Shown: one piece after another, positions 12,081 to 20,296 of the stretch
Layout of the letters: each line of letters begins with the position of its first letter
Numbering within the stretch: position 1 is the stretch's first letter
Assembly (NCBI GenBank): GCA_964519245.1
Contig: CAZFLK010000010.1
Span: 2,612 to 66,611 of the forward strand
Source: an uncultured Verrucomicrobiota bacterium
GTDB lineage: Bacteria; Verrucomicrobiota; Verrucomicrobiia; Limisphaerales; JAYPEY01
DNA length: 64,000 bases
Direction: 5' to 3'
The notes under the pieces: generated by a model
Told to the model about the DNA's origin: nothing
The model's database searches: none
The model's input: the letters and a program-made list of their open reading frames with translations, nothing else
Program-made: the position numbers and the translations under genes

Positions 12081-12872
12081 CTAATCCTCCACCAGCAATC
12101 CGGGCTCCAACAAGGTCAGGTTGACCGCCGCATGCTTCGCCCTGACCGCCTGCTTGAAGGTTTCAAAGGCATCCAACCCGGCAAACGCCACGACAAAGAC
12201 GACCTCCACCCGGTCCGGCGATTCATCCAAACGCCGCAGGGAATACTGACTCGTCGACTCTCCCAACAAGTCCGTCAACCAGCGCAGCTCAAAATCCGGC
12301 TCCTCGACAAACTCCAGGCTGAGAATCTTGTGATCGATGTCCGCCCGGTCGCCGCCGCGCCGTTGCAAGCGGATGACCGCAAGACAAACGAGGCAGCCGA
12401 CCGTGGTGAACAGCGGCCGGTTGGCTCCCAGGCCAATGCCAATCCCAATCACCAGGAAAAGATGGACCAATTCCTCCGGGTCCTTGATCGCCGCGCGGAA
12501 GCGGACAATGGACAAGGCTCCGACCAGGCCGAGCGACAGGGCCAATGACGCGCTCACCGTCACAATGATCAGGGTCGTCACCACGGCCAGCAACACGAAG
12601 GTCTTGGCAAAGGCGCGCCGATTCGAAAGCGAACGCCCATAGGCCACGTAGAACCGCGCCACCAAGTTGCTCAGGACCAGGGCCAGGACCAGGTTCAGGA
12701 GAAACTGCGGCAGCGAGGCTATCGAACCGGCCCCTTGGTTCAGCCACTCGGAGGTGATCTTGTTGAATGAGTCCAAAACGTCGAAATGGTTGCCTCCGGC
12801 CGGCCCCGGTTTGCGCGTCGCCGACGCCCGGCGACTGAACGGACGATAGGCCTCCGTTCGAATCGCTGTCAA
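12081..12872 (-). CDS. DUF4956 domain membrane protein
   Basis: FLLNLVLALVLSNLVARFYV..., SLGLVGALSIVRFRAAIKDPEELVHLFLVIGIGIGLGA is a DUF4956-type core with a cytoplasmic C-terminal domain. The start is uncertain: 12872 is a TTG, and an internal TTG at 12776 (LDSFNKITSEW...) would give a more typical N-terminus. Confidence 0.75.
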   Translation of the reverse strand: MTAIRTEAYRPFSRRASATRKPGPAGGNHFDVLDSFNKITSEWLNQGAGSIASLPQFLLNLVLALVLSNLVARFYVAYGRSLSNRRAFAKTFVLLAVVTTLIIVTVSASLALSLGLVGALSIVRFRAAIKDPEELVHLFLVIGIGIGLGANRPLFTTVGCLVCLAVIRLQRRGGDRADIDHKILSLEFVEEPDFELRWLTDLLGESTSQYSLRRLDESPDRVEVVFVVAFAGLDAFETFKQAVRAKHAAVNLTLLEPGLLVED

Positions 12873-12929
12873 CCGCGCGCGGACAAGGAGGATTGACGAA
12901 GCGGCCCGCGTGGCTTCAATTCAGGCCGC

Positions 12930-14045
12930 ATGCCGCGCCGCGCGCTCATCATACCGGACAAGTTCAAAGGCACGCTCACCGCCGGGCAGGCCGCCGAGGC
13001 GATGGCCGAGGGCTGGCGGCGCGCCCACCCCGAGGACTCCCTCGAGTTGCTGCCCATGAGCGACGGCGGGGACGGCTTCGGCCAGATCCTCGGCGAGATC
13101 CTGGGGGCGGAAACGCGGACAGTCGACACGGTCGACGCAGCCCACCGCCCTTGCTCGGCTCCCTGGTGGTGGCTCGCCGGTTCCCGGACCGCCATCATTG
13201 AATCCGCCAGAATCATCGGCCTGGCCATGCTGCCCAAAGGCGCCTTCCACGCCAATGCGTTGGACACGCTGGGCCTGGCGGCTGTCTTGCGCGCGGCGGC
13301 TGGGTCCGGAGCCGAGCGTTGCGTGCTCGGAATCGGCGGCAGCGCCACCAACGACGCGGGAACCGGCCTGGCGCGTGGACTCGGGTGGCGCTTCAACGGG
13401 CAATCCACGATCGACCAGTGGCCCGACCTGACGGATCTGAGATCCATCGAGCGCCCCACGGCTTCCCTGGCCATTCCCCGATTGGAAGTCGCTGTCGATG
13501 TGCAGAACCCACTGACCGGAACGCAGGGCTGCAGCGCGATCTACGGCCCCCAGAAGGGACTGCTGCCCGGGGAGATCGAGCCGGCTGACGCGGCCTTGAG
13601 ACAACTCGCCGAAGTCGCCGCAGCAGACCTGGACCGGCCGGCAGACACCCCCGGCGACGGCGCCGCAGGCGGGCTGGGCTTCGGGTTGCGCTGTTTCGCC
13701 GACGGCGTTCTGCGCCCCGGATTCGACCTTTTCGCCGAACAGGTCAACCTGGATGAGCGCCTGAGGGGCATCGACCTCGTGATCACCGGCGAAGGCTCCA
13801 TCGATCCTTCTTCCTTGATGGGCAAGGGCGTCGGGGAATTGGCGGCCCACTGCCGCAGCCGGCGCCTTCCCTGCATCGGCCTTGGCGGCGTCGTCAGCAA
13901 TGCGCCGGAGGTCAACCAGGCCTTTTCGCTGACAGCAGGCGTGGTCAACGAGGTCGCCGATGCGGAAGCGTCCCAAGCCGATCCCGCGGACTGCCTCACC
14001 CGGTTGGCGGAGCGGGCTGCACGACGCTGGCCGCTCGAGGATTGA
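12930..14045 (+). CDS. Glycerate kinase
   Basis: IIPDKFKGTLTAGQAAEAMAEGW, PMSDGGDGF, ITGEGSIDPSSLMGKGVG are canonical glycerate kinase blocks. Confidence 0.9.
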   Translation: MPRRALIIPDKFKGTLTAGQAAEAMAEGWRRAHPEDSLELLPMSDGGDGFGQILGEILGAETRTVDTVDAAHRPCSAPWWWLAGSRTAIIESARIIGLAMLPKGAFHANALDTLGLAAVLRAAAGSGAERCVLGIGGSATNDAGTGLARGLGWRFNGQSTIDQWPDLTDLRSIERPTASLAIPRLEVAVDVQNPLTGTQGCSAIYGPQKGLLPGEIEPADAALRQLAEVAAADLDRPADTPGDGAAGGLGFGLRCFADGVLRPGFDLFAEQVNLDERLRGIDLVITGEGSIDPSSLMGKGVGELAAHCRSRRLPCIGLGGVVSNAPEVNQAFSLTAGVVNEVADAEASQADPADCLTRLAERAARRWPLED

Positions 14046-14150
14046 GATCAGGCCGGGACATTCAGCCGGATCGGCGCCGTCCGCAGTTCATGCTCCCGCC
14101 GCCCGGACAATCGCCTTGCCCGTGGCCGAAGCGCCGCCTACGGTCCGGGC

Positions 14151-15389
14151 ATGCTCAAGCTTCTCAGCCTGATCGGGTTGTGCAGTTTCATCGCGGTGGC
14201 CTGGACGCTTTCCTCGGACCGCAAGCGCTTCCCTTGGAGAACCGTCCTGAGCGGTCTCGGCCTGCAGTTCCTTTTCGGGGTGTTCATCCTCAAGACCGCA
14301 GTCGGGGCCCGGCTGTTTGCCTTGGCGCACATTGGCGCCACCGAGTTTCTCGGCGTGGCCAATGAGGGAGCGCTGCTGGTGTTCGGCCATCTCGCCGATG
14401 GCAACCTGGTCGCCGAGGCCTACCCTTCCCGCCCCGTTGTCCTCGCCATCACGATCACCGCGACGATCATTCTCGTTTCCGCCATTTCATCGCTGCTCTA
14501 CCATTGGGGCATCCTTCAACGCGTCGTCCAGGGATTCGCGGTGGTCATGCAACGCGCCATGGGCTTGAGCGGCAGTGAAAGCCTCGCCGCCGCCGGAAAC
14601 ATCTTCATGGGCCAGACCGAGGCTCCACTCCTCGTGAAACCCTACTTGAACGCCATGACCCGCAGTGAGTTGATGGCCTTGATGACAGGCGGCATGGCGA
14701 CCATCGCCGGCGGCGTGCTGGCGGTCTACGTCGGCCTCGGCGTCGAGGCCGGCCATCTGATCACCGCCTCGGTCATGAGCGCGCCCGCAGCCCTCCTGAT
14801 CGCCAAGGTCATGCTGCCCGAAACGGAGTCCAGCCCCACCGCTGCCGGCTCCAGGACCACCGTCGAGATCACCTCCACGAACAGCCTCGACGCGCTCTGC
14901 AAGGGAACCAGCGACGGCATGAAACTCAGCATCAACGTCATCGCCATGCTGATCGGATTCACCGCGATCGTGGCCCTGGTCAACCTGCTGCTCGCCTGGT
15001 TCCAATCCTGGTTCGGCGTGGAAACGCCGATCACCCTGCAAATCATGCTGGGGTGGCTGAACGCCCCCTTCGCCTTTCTCATGGGCGTCGCCTGGGAGGA
15101 TTGCGCCGCGGTGGGCCGCATGCTGGGCGAGCGCATCGTGTTGAACGAGTTCATCGGTTACCTGTCCCTCGCCGAGCTCGGGGAGAGTCTTTCGCCCCGC
15201 AGCCGCGTCCTCGCCACCTATGCGCTTTGCGGTTTCGCAAACTTCGCCAGCATTGCGATTCAGCTGGGCGGCATCGGCGCCCTCGCCCCGGAACGCCGCA
15301 AGGATCTCGCCGAGCTGGGCGCCCGGGCCATGATCGGAGGCGTGCTGGCCAGCTACCTGACCGCAACCATGGTCGGCATCATCACTTGA
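14151..15389 (+). CDS. NupC/CNT-family nucleoside transporter
   Basis: 412 aa polytopic protein. Blocks: WRTVLSGLGLQFLFGVFILKT, NIFMGQTEAPLLVKPY, GGMATIAGGVLAVY, GFANFASIAIQLGGIG. Confidence 0.9.
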   Translation: MLKLLSLIGLCSFIAVAWTLSSDRKRFPWRTVLSGLGLQFLFGVFILKTAVGARLFALAHIGATEFLGVANEGALLVFGHLADGNLVAEAYPSRPVVLAITITATIILVSAISSLLYHWGILQRVVQGFAVVMQRAMGLSGSESLAAAGNIFMGQTEAPLLVKPYLNAMTRSELMALMTGGMATIAGGVLAVYVGLGVEAGHLITASVMSAPAALLIAKVMLPETESSPTAAGSRTTVEITSTNSLDALCKGTSDGMKLSINVIAMLIGFTAIVALVNLLLAWFQSWFGVETPITLQIMLGWLNAPFAFLMGVAWEDCAAVGRMLGERIVLNEFIGYLSLAELGESLSPRSRVLATYALCGFANFASIAIQLGGIGALAPERRKDLAELGARAMIGGVLASYLTATMVGIIT

Positions 15390-15405
15390 TCCCAGCAACC
15401 GGGCC

Positions 15406-16506
15406 ATGAACCAGGATGCTGAAATCCCAGCAGGCCCCAAACCGGATGCGATCACGGAATCATCCGTTGACGGCGCGAGGCCAACGCGCCGGAAGACTCA
15501 ACTTATTCGTCAGGCGAGGCGCGCGGGCAGGTGGGCATGGTCTCTATCCTGCGCCGCGCTTTGGCTGTGGTCCCTCGCCGCGCTCTGGCATTTTCCCGCA
15601 TGGCCTGGCTGGTTGGGCGCACTGGCGGCGATGATTTGGGCGGGCGCCGGCCTGGTCGTCTTTCGAACGCTGGCGTCCGATCGGATTCCCGTCGCCATGT
15701 TGGGCGCATTTCTATTGGTCCGCCTCATATGGGGATTCAAAAGCCCAAGCAACGATCGCGATTGGCAGGAACTTTCCCGAACACTGCCCACGGCGGCATT
15801 CGAGGGCCGGCGCGTCCACATCCGCAACGTGCGCAACGTCGCGTGGCGGAGCGAGACCGATTTCGATCTGAAATGGGAAGACCGCGAGTACGACCTCGAT
15901 CGGATTCAACGCGCGGATTTCATCGTCGTCCCCTTCGCCTTCGGACGCGCCCTGGCCCATGTCTTCGTGAGCTTTGGTTTCGACGACGGGGAACAGATCG
16001 CCCTCTCCGTCGAGATCCGCAAGGAACGGAACGAAACCTACTCTCCGGTCCGGGGCATGTTTCGCCACTACGAGATCACCTATGTGATCGGCGACAAAAT
16101 GGATCTGATCGGCCTGCGCGCCAACGTATTGCGGGAACCGGTCCACCTCTATCCGATCAAGGCGACCCCGGAACAGGCCCGACTGATGTTCACCGACATG
16201 TTGGAGCGGGCAAACGACCTTGCGGCCAAACCCCGATTCTACAACACGCTGTTACACAACTGCACCACGACCGTGGCACAGCACGCAAACGAACTGCGCC
16301 GGGACAAGGTCAGTCTGTGGAATTGGAGGATCGTCCTGCCGGGCTACTCCGACGGATTGGTTCAAGAACTCGACCTGCTCGACTACGACGGCTCGCTGGA
16401 CGATGCCCGAAAGCGATTCCTGATAAACGACCGGGCGGCCTTCCTACCCGACAGCCGGATGTGGTCGCGTCAGATCCGGGAAGTCGCGGCGCCATCGGCC
16501 GAATGA
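15406..16506 (+). CDS. DUF4105 (Lnb N-terminal periplasmic domain-like) membrane protein
   Basis: N-terminal TM helices, then a DUF4105-like core: FIVVPFAFGRALAHVFVSFGFDDGEQIALSVEIRKERNETYSPVRGMFRHYEITYVIGDKMDLIGLR. Confidence 0.7.
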   Translation: MNQDAEIPAGPKPDAITESSVDGARPTRRKTQLIRQARRAGRWAWSLSCAALWLWSLAALWHFPAWPGWLGALAAMIWAGAGLVVFRTLASDRIPVAMLGAFLLVRLIWGFKSPSNDRDWQELSRTLPTAAFEGRRVHIRNVRNVAWRSETDFDLKWEDREYDLDRIQRADFIVVPFAFGRALAHVFVSFGFDDGEQIALSVEIRKERNETYSPVRGMFRHYEITYVIGDKMDLIGLRANVLREPVHLYPIKATPEQARLMFTDMLERANDLAAKPRFYNTLLHNCTTTVAQHANELRRDKVSLWNWRIVLPGYSDGLVQELDLLDYDGSLDDARKRFLINDRAAFLPDSRMWSRQIREVAAPSAE

Positions 16507-16580
16507 CCCGGCCCGTTTGGCGCAGGCAGAATGGCCTGGGCAGAAGTGGCTCTCCCCGTTGGCCGGAGCCATGCTCAGTC

Positions 16581-17051
16581 ATGGGCATGCAACGCACGCC
16601 CGCATTCTTCAAAGCCGCCTCCCATGTCGTCCTGGCCTTGCGCGCCGCGACATTCTTCCAGCAGTTCAAACATAGCGTCCGAACCCACGATGCCGCGACG
16701 GCGGCGCCCTCCGCGGAGCGAACCGTCGAGCAGACCTACGTCGATTCCGAAACCGTCCGCACACTCAAGTTTCTCGTTCTTTCCCTTGTCTCAGGTGTTG
16801 CGCTTGCCTTTCTGCTCGCCTGGGATTTCCGCCCGTCACCGTCGGTTCGCCAGCGCGACCGCGACCAGAACGACGGAGTGAGGAGACATCCCGACTGGAC
16901 CGCAACATCGCAGATTGCCGGCCCGCGCGTAATCGGGGGACAGTTGCGAGAGCGCGCTCTCGCTTGCATCGGGCGGGGCGTGTCTGTATTTTCCGCGCCT
17001 TGTAATTTTTCCGAGAAGATCCAACTGATCACAAAGCAATGGCATATCTGA
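16581..17051 (+). CDS. Possible unannotated small membrane protein (hypothetical)
   Basis: This is the tail of the 15531..17051 ORF, after the DUF4105 stop. From the ATG at 16581, 48 of the first 60 codons end in G/C (hand count). One clear TM helix is predicted ([20 protein letters not shown]). A minus-strand frame shares the same third-position phase, so the strand is not proven. No family recognised. Confidence 0.25.
   Translation: MGMQRTPAFFKAASHVVLALRAATFFQQFKHSVRTHDAATAAPSAERTVEQTYVDSETVRTLKFLVLSLVSGVALAFLLAWDFRPSPSVRQRDRDQNDGVRRHPDWTATSQIAGPRVIGGQLRERALACIGRGVSVFSAPCNFSEKIQLITKQWHI
16964..16992 (+). promoter_or_regulatory. Candidate sigma-70-type promoter for dapL
   Basis: TTGCAT (16964-16969), a 17-nt spacer, then TATTTT (16987-16992), about 47 nt upstream of the dapL ATG. 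An 18-bp perfect palindrome abuts the -35 element. Confidence 0.35.
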
Positions 17052-18277
17052 ACGACAACTACCTGAAGCTGCAGGCGGGCTACCTGTTCCCCGAGATCGC
17101 TCGCCGCGTGACGCAGTTCACCGAGAACAATCCTGAAGCGGCGCAGAAGCTGATTCGCTGCGGCATTGGCGACGTCACCGAACCGCTGCCCCAGGCCGTC
17201 CTCGACGCGCTGCACAAGGCGGTCGACGAGATGGGCTCCCGGGAAAGCTTCCGCGGCTATGGCCCCGAGCAGGGCTACGGCTTTCTCCGTGAAGCCATCG
17301 CCAAGAACGACTTCCGCGACCGCGGCATCGAGATCGCGGACGACGAGATCTTTGTCTCCGACGGCGCCAAGTGCGACAGCGCCAACTTCCTCGACGTGCT
17401 CGGCCACAACAACAAGATCGCGCTGATGGATCCGGTCTATCCGGTCTACCTCGACACCAATGTCATGGTCGGCCACACCGGCCCCGCCGGCGAATCCGGA
17501 CGCTATTCAGGCCTCGTTTACCTCGATTGCACGGCCGAGAACGGCTTCGTTCCCGCGATCCCGGAGGAGAAAGTTGACGTCGTCTACCTGTGCTACCCCA
17601 ACAACCCGACCGGCACGGTCGCCTCCCTCGAGCAGTTGACCAAATGGGTGGATTACGCAAAGGCGAACAACGCGATCATCCTGTACGACGCGGCCTACGA
17701 GGCTTACATCAGCGAGGACAATGTTCCCCGCTCCATCTTTGAGATTCCCGGAGCCAAGAGCTGCGCGGTGGAGTTCCGCAGTTTTTCCAAGAACGGCGGC
17801 TTCACCGGGACGCGCTGCGCCTACACCGTCGTGCCCAAGGAACTGAAGGCCCAGACCGCCGAAGGCGAATGGAAGGAACTGCACGCGCTCTGGAACCGCC
17901 GGATGAGCACCAAGTTCAACGGGGTGAGCTATCCGATCCAACGCGCCGCCGAGGCCCTCTATTCCGAGGAAGGCAAGGCGCAGGTGGCCGCCCTGGTGGA
18001 ACACTACATGGGCAACGCCAAGATTCTCCGGGAAGCGGCGACCGCGGCGGGCCTGACCGTCTTCGGCGGCGTCAACGCTCCCTACATCTGGGTGCGCTGC
18101 CCGGAGGGTGTTTCCAGCTGGGACGCCTTCGACAAAATGCTCAACGAGGCCAATGTGGTGATCACTCCCGGCAGCGGTTTCGGCAGCGCCGGCGAGGGTT
18201 ACTTCCGGATTTCCGCCTTCAACAACCGGGAGAACGCGGAGGAAGTCGCGCGCCGCATCCAGGATTTGAAGTGGTAA
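17039..18277 (+). CDS. dapL: LL-diaminopimelate aminotransferase
   Basis: [24 protein letters not shown]... is a DapL-type N-terminus. Class I aminotransferase blocks are present, including the PLP-lysine region [17 protein letters not shown]. Confidence 0.9.
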   Translation: MAYLNDNYLKLQAGYLFPEIARRVTQFTENNPEAAQKLIRCGIGDVTEPLPQAVLDALHKAVDEMGSRESFRGYGPEQGYGFLREAIAKNDFRDRGIEIADDEIFVSDGAKCDSANFLDVLGHNNKIALMDPVYPVYLDTNVMVGHTGPAGESGRYSGLVYLDCTAENGFVPAIPEEKVDVVYLCYPNNPTGTVASLEQLTKWVDYAKANNAIILYDAAYEAYISEDNVPRSIFEIPGAKSCAVEFRSFSKNGGFTGTRCAYTVVPKELKAQTAEGEWKELHALWNRRMSTKFNGVSYPIQRAAEALYSEEGKAQVAALVEHYMGNAKILREAATAAGLTVFGGVNAPYIWVRCPEGVSSWDAFDKMLNEANVVITPGSGFGSAGEGYFRISAFNNRENAEEVARRIQDLKW

Positions 18278-18290
18278 AAGCGTCCGCGCC

Positions 18291-19541
18291 TTGGACTTCA
18301 GCTCCCCCATCGTCCTGTCGGCGATTGGGCTCATCCTCGCGAGGTGGGCCGCGGAAGGTTGGCTGGACCGCCTGAACGAGAGGCACGTCCAGAAGCATTC
18401 AGGCAAGCTGCCCCGGGGTCTGGCCGGCGTCATGGGCGACGCCACCTACGCCAGGTCGGTGGCCTACACCCTCGCCAAGAGTCGCTTCGGCGCCATGGAG
18501 AACCTCGTCGACACGGTCATCCTGCTCGCCGCTCTCCTGTCAGGCGCGCTGCCCTGGTTGTTCGAACGCGGCGCGCACCTGCTGGGCGGCTCGGCCTGGT
18601 CCAACGCCGCCTACCTGGTCGTGGTCATGCTGTCCTTGGCGGCCATCCGACTGCCCCTGGATTGGATCGCGCAATTTCGCTTGGAGGAGCGCTTCGGGTT
18701 CAACAAGAACACGCAGCGAACCTGGTGGCTGGACCGAATCAAGGGAGCCGGGCTGCTGATCGTCCTGCTGTTGCCGGTCTTCGCGCTGCTGTTGAAGCTG
18801 ATTGATTGGGCCGGCGCCGCCTGGTGGATCTGGGGCTGGGCCAGCCTGTTGGGCATCCAGTTCCTGATGATGGTCCTGGCCCCGGTTCTGATCCTCCCCC
18901 TGTTCAACAAGTTCACCCCGCTGGATGACGGCCCGCTCAAGGACCGATTGATGGCCCTGGCCGAGCGCGCCAAATTCGACGCCCGCGAAATCCAGATCAT
19001 GGACGGCAGCCGCCGATCCGGGCACTCAAACGCATTCTTCACCGGCTTCGGCAAGGGACGGCGGATCGTCCTGTTCGACACCTTGATCGAACAGTTGAAC
19101 GGGGAGGAACTGGAGGCCGTGCTCGCCCATGAGATCGGGCACTACAAACGGAGACATATCGTCAAGATGCTGGCGTTTTCGGCGGTGTCCATGCTGCTGG
19201 GCTTCTGGGTCCTCGCCCGGCTCGCGGACTACGAGCCATTCGCGGCCGCATTCGGCTTTGAGGCCGCGAATCCAACGCCTTCGTTCCTGCTGTTCGGCCT
19301 CCTGAGCGGCTCGGTGGAGTTCTGGTTCTCGCCGCTGATGAACTGCCTTTCGCGGAAGCATGAGTACGAGGCCGACGCCTATGCCAAGGAGATTGTCGGA
19401 GCCTCGCGCCCCTTGAGCGACGCCCTGCGAAAGCTTCACGAGAAGAATCTCGGCAACCTCACTCCCCACCCCGCCTACAGCGGATTCCACTACTCCCATC
19501 CGACCCTGCTTGAGCGGGAAGCCGCGCTGGCCAAGGCCTGA
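18291..19541 (+). CDS. M48-family (Ste24/HtpX-like) zinc metalloprotease
   Basis: Polytopic N-terminal half, HEIGHYKRRH (HExxH), a downstream E in EYEADAYA, and a HPxxxxR tail (YSHPTLLER). TTG start at 18291. Confidence 0.88.
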   Translation: MDFSSPIVLSAIGLILARWAAEGWLDRLNERHVQKHSGKLPRGLAGVMGDATYARSVAYTLAKSRFGAMENLVDTVILLAALLSGALPWLFERGAHLLGGSAWSNAAYLVVVMLSLAAIRLPLDWIAQFRLEERFGFNKNTQRTWWLDRIKGAGLLIVLLLPVFALLLKLIDWAGAAWWIWGWASLLGIQFLMMVLAPVLILPLFNKFTPLDDGPLKDRLMALAERAKFDAREIQIMDGSRRSGHSNAFFTGFGKGRRIVLFDTLIEQLNGEELEAVLAHEIGHYKRRHIVKMLAFSAVSMLLGFWVLARLADYEPFAAAFGFEAANPTPSFLLFGLLSGSVEFWFSPLMNCLSRKHEYEADAYAKEIVGASRPLSDALRKLHEKNLGNLTPHPAYSGFHYSHPTLLEREAALAKA

Positions 19542-19544
19542 ATC

Positions 19545-19581
19545 GACAAGAAAAGCGCGATCCGCATCCGCGAATCGCGCT
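19545..19581 (-). terminator. Intrinsic terminator candidate downstream of the CBM48 gene
   Basis: Perfect 8-bp stem AGCGCGAT (19554-19561) / ATCGCGCT (19574-19581) with a 12-nt loop. On the minus strand the hairpin is followed by TTTTCTTG. Confidence 0.5.
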
Positions 19582-19612
19582 CCTCATAAAACAATCGATG
19601 TCGCTGGCCGCG

Positions 19613-19975
19613 TTATTCGACCACACAGACATCGTTCTCCTGCCCAAACGGATTGGGCTCGCGCAAGCGGGAATCCGGATCATTGATCCACTCCCCATCG
19701 ACCACGAACCGGTAGTGATACGCCCCGACCGGCAGGTAGACCGTCTTCTTCCAGGCGCCACTCTTGAGCTTGCGCATCGGCGCGAGATCCCGCTCCCAAT
19801 CGGTGAAATCCCCCGCCAACTTCACCTCGTCGGCCTCCGGCGCGTGAATCGAGAAATCAACCCGCTTCTTCTTCAGCTTGATGTTCTCCGTCTTCGTTTT
19901 GCTCTTCGTTTCAACCATTGCGTTGTTCTTCCTTACTTGCGGCGTCTGTTGCGACGCAGCTCTTTGTGGACTCAT
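19613..19975 (-). CDS. Glycogen-binding (CBM48 / AMPK-beta-like) domain protein
   Basis: VDFSIHAPEADEVKLAGDFTDWERDLAPMRKLKSGAWKKTVYLPVGAYHYRFVVDGEWINDP is a typical CBM48 pattern. An alternative ATG at 19918 has a good SD. Confidence 0.75.
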   Translation of the reverse strand: MSPQRAASQQTPQVRKNNAMVETKSKTKTENIKLKKKRVDFSIHAPEADEVKLAGDFTDWERDLAPMRKLKSGAWKKTVYLPVGAYHYRFVVDGEWINDPDSRLREPNPFGQENDVCVVE

Positions 19976-20296
19976 GTCCGGCTCCGACCTCGGCCGAAGG
20001 AGCGCAGGACGTTACGGAAACCGATTTCAAGTTCAATGGAAATTGAGTGACATTCAGGAAAAATTCCGTGTTGTCTTCAGGTTCGTGTCAAATTCCAGCC
20101 ACCAAGCTCTATATCAGACAGCCCGTGGCCCTTCTTCGCTCAAGTTTCGGGCTGCACCCAGCTTCAAGCCACAGAGCATTCCGCGGGCCAAAAAGCCAAA
20201 CTTCAGGGCAAAACCTTCAGGATTCACGCTGGCAAAAACCCAGGGATTCCACTTGAACACAGGCGCGCAGAGCGGCTTTCATACAGACTGAAAGCG

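Noticed and set aside
16274-16279. TGGCAC words (also 51791-51796) as possible sigma-54 -24 elements
   Set aside because: Both are inside coding regions, and neither has a TTGC/GC element at the required 12-nt register.
15531-16580. Upstream part of the 506-aa ORF 15531..17051
   Set aside because: It is out of frame with, and fully inside, the DUF4105 gene. Only the tail after 16581 shows independent coding-like bias and was kept as a low-confidence candidate.
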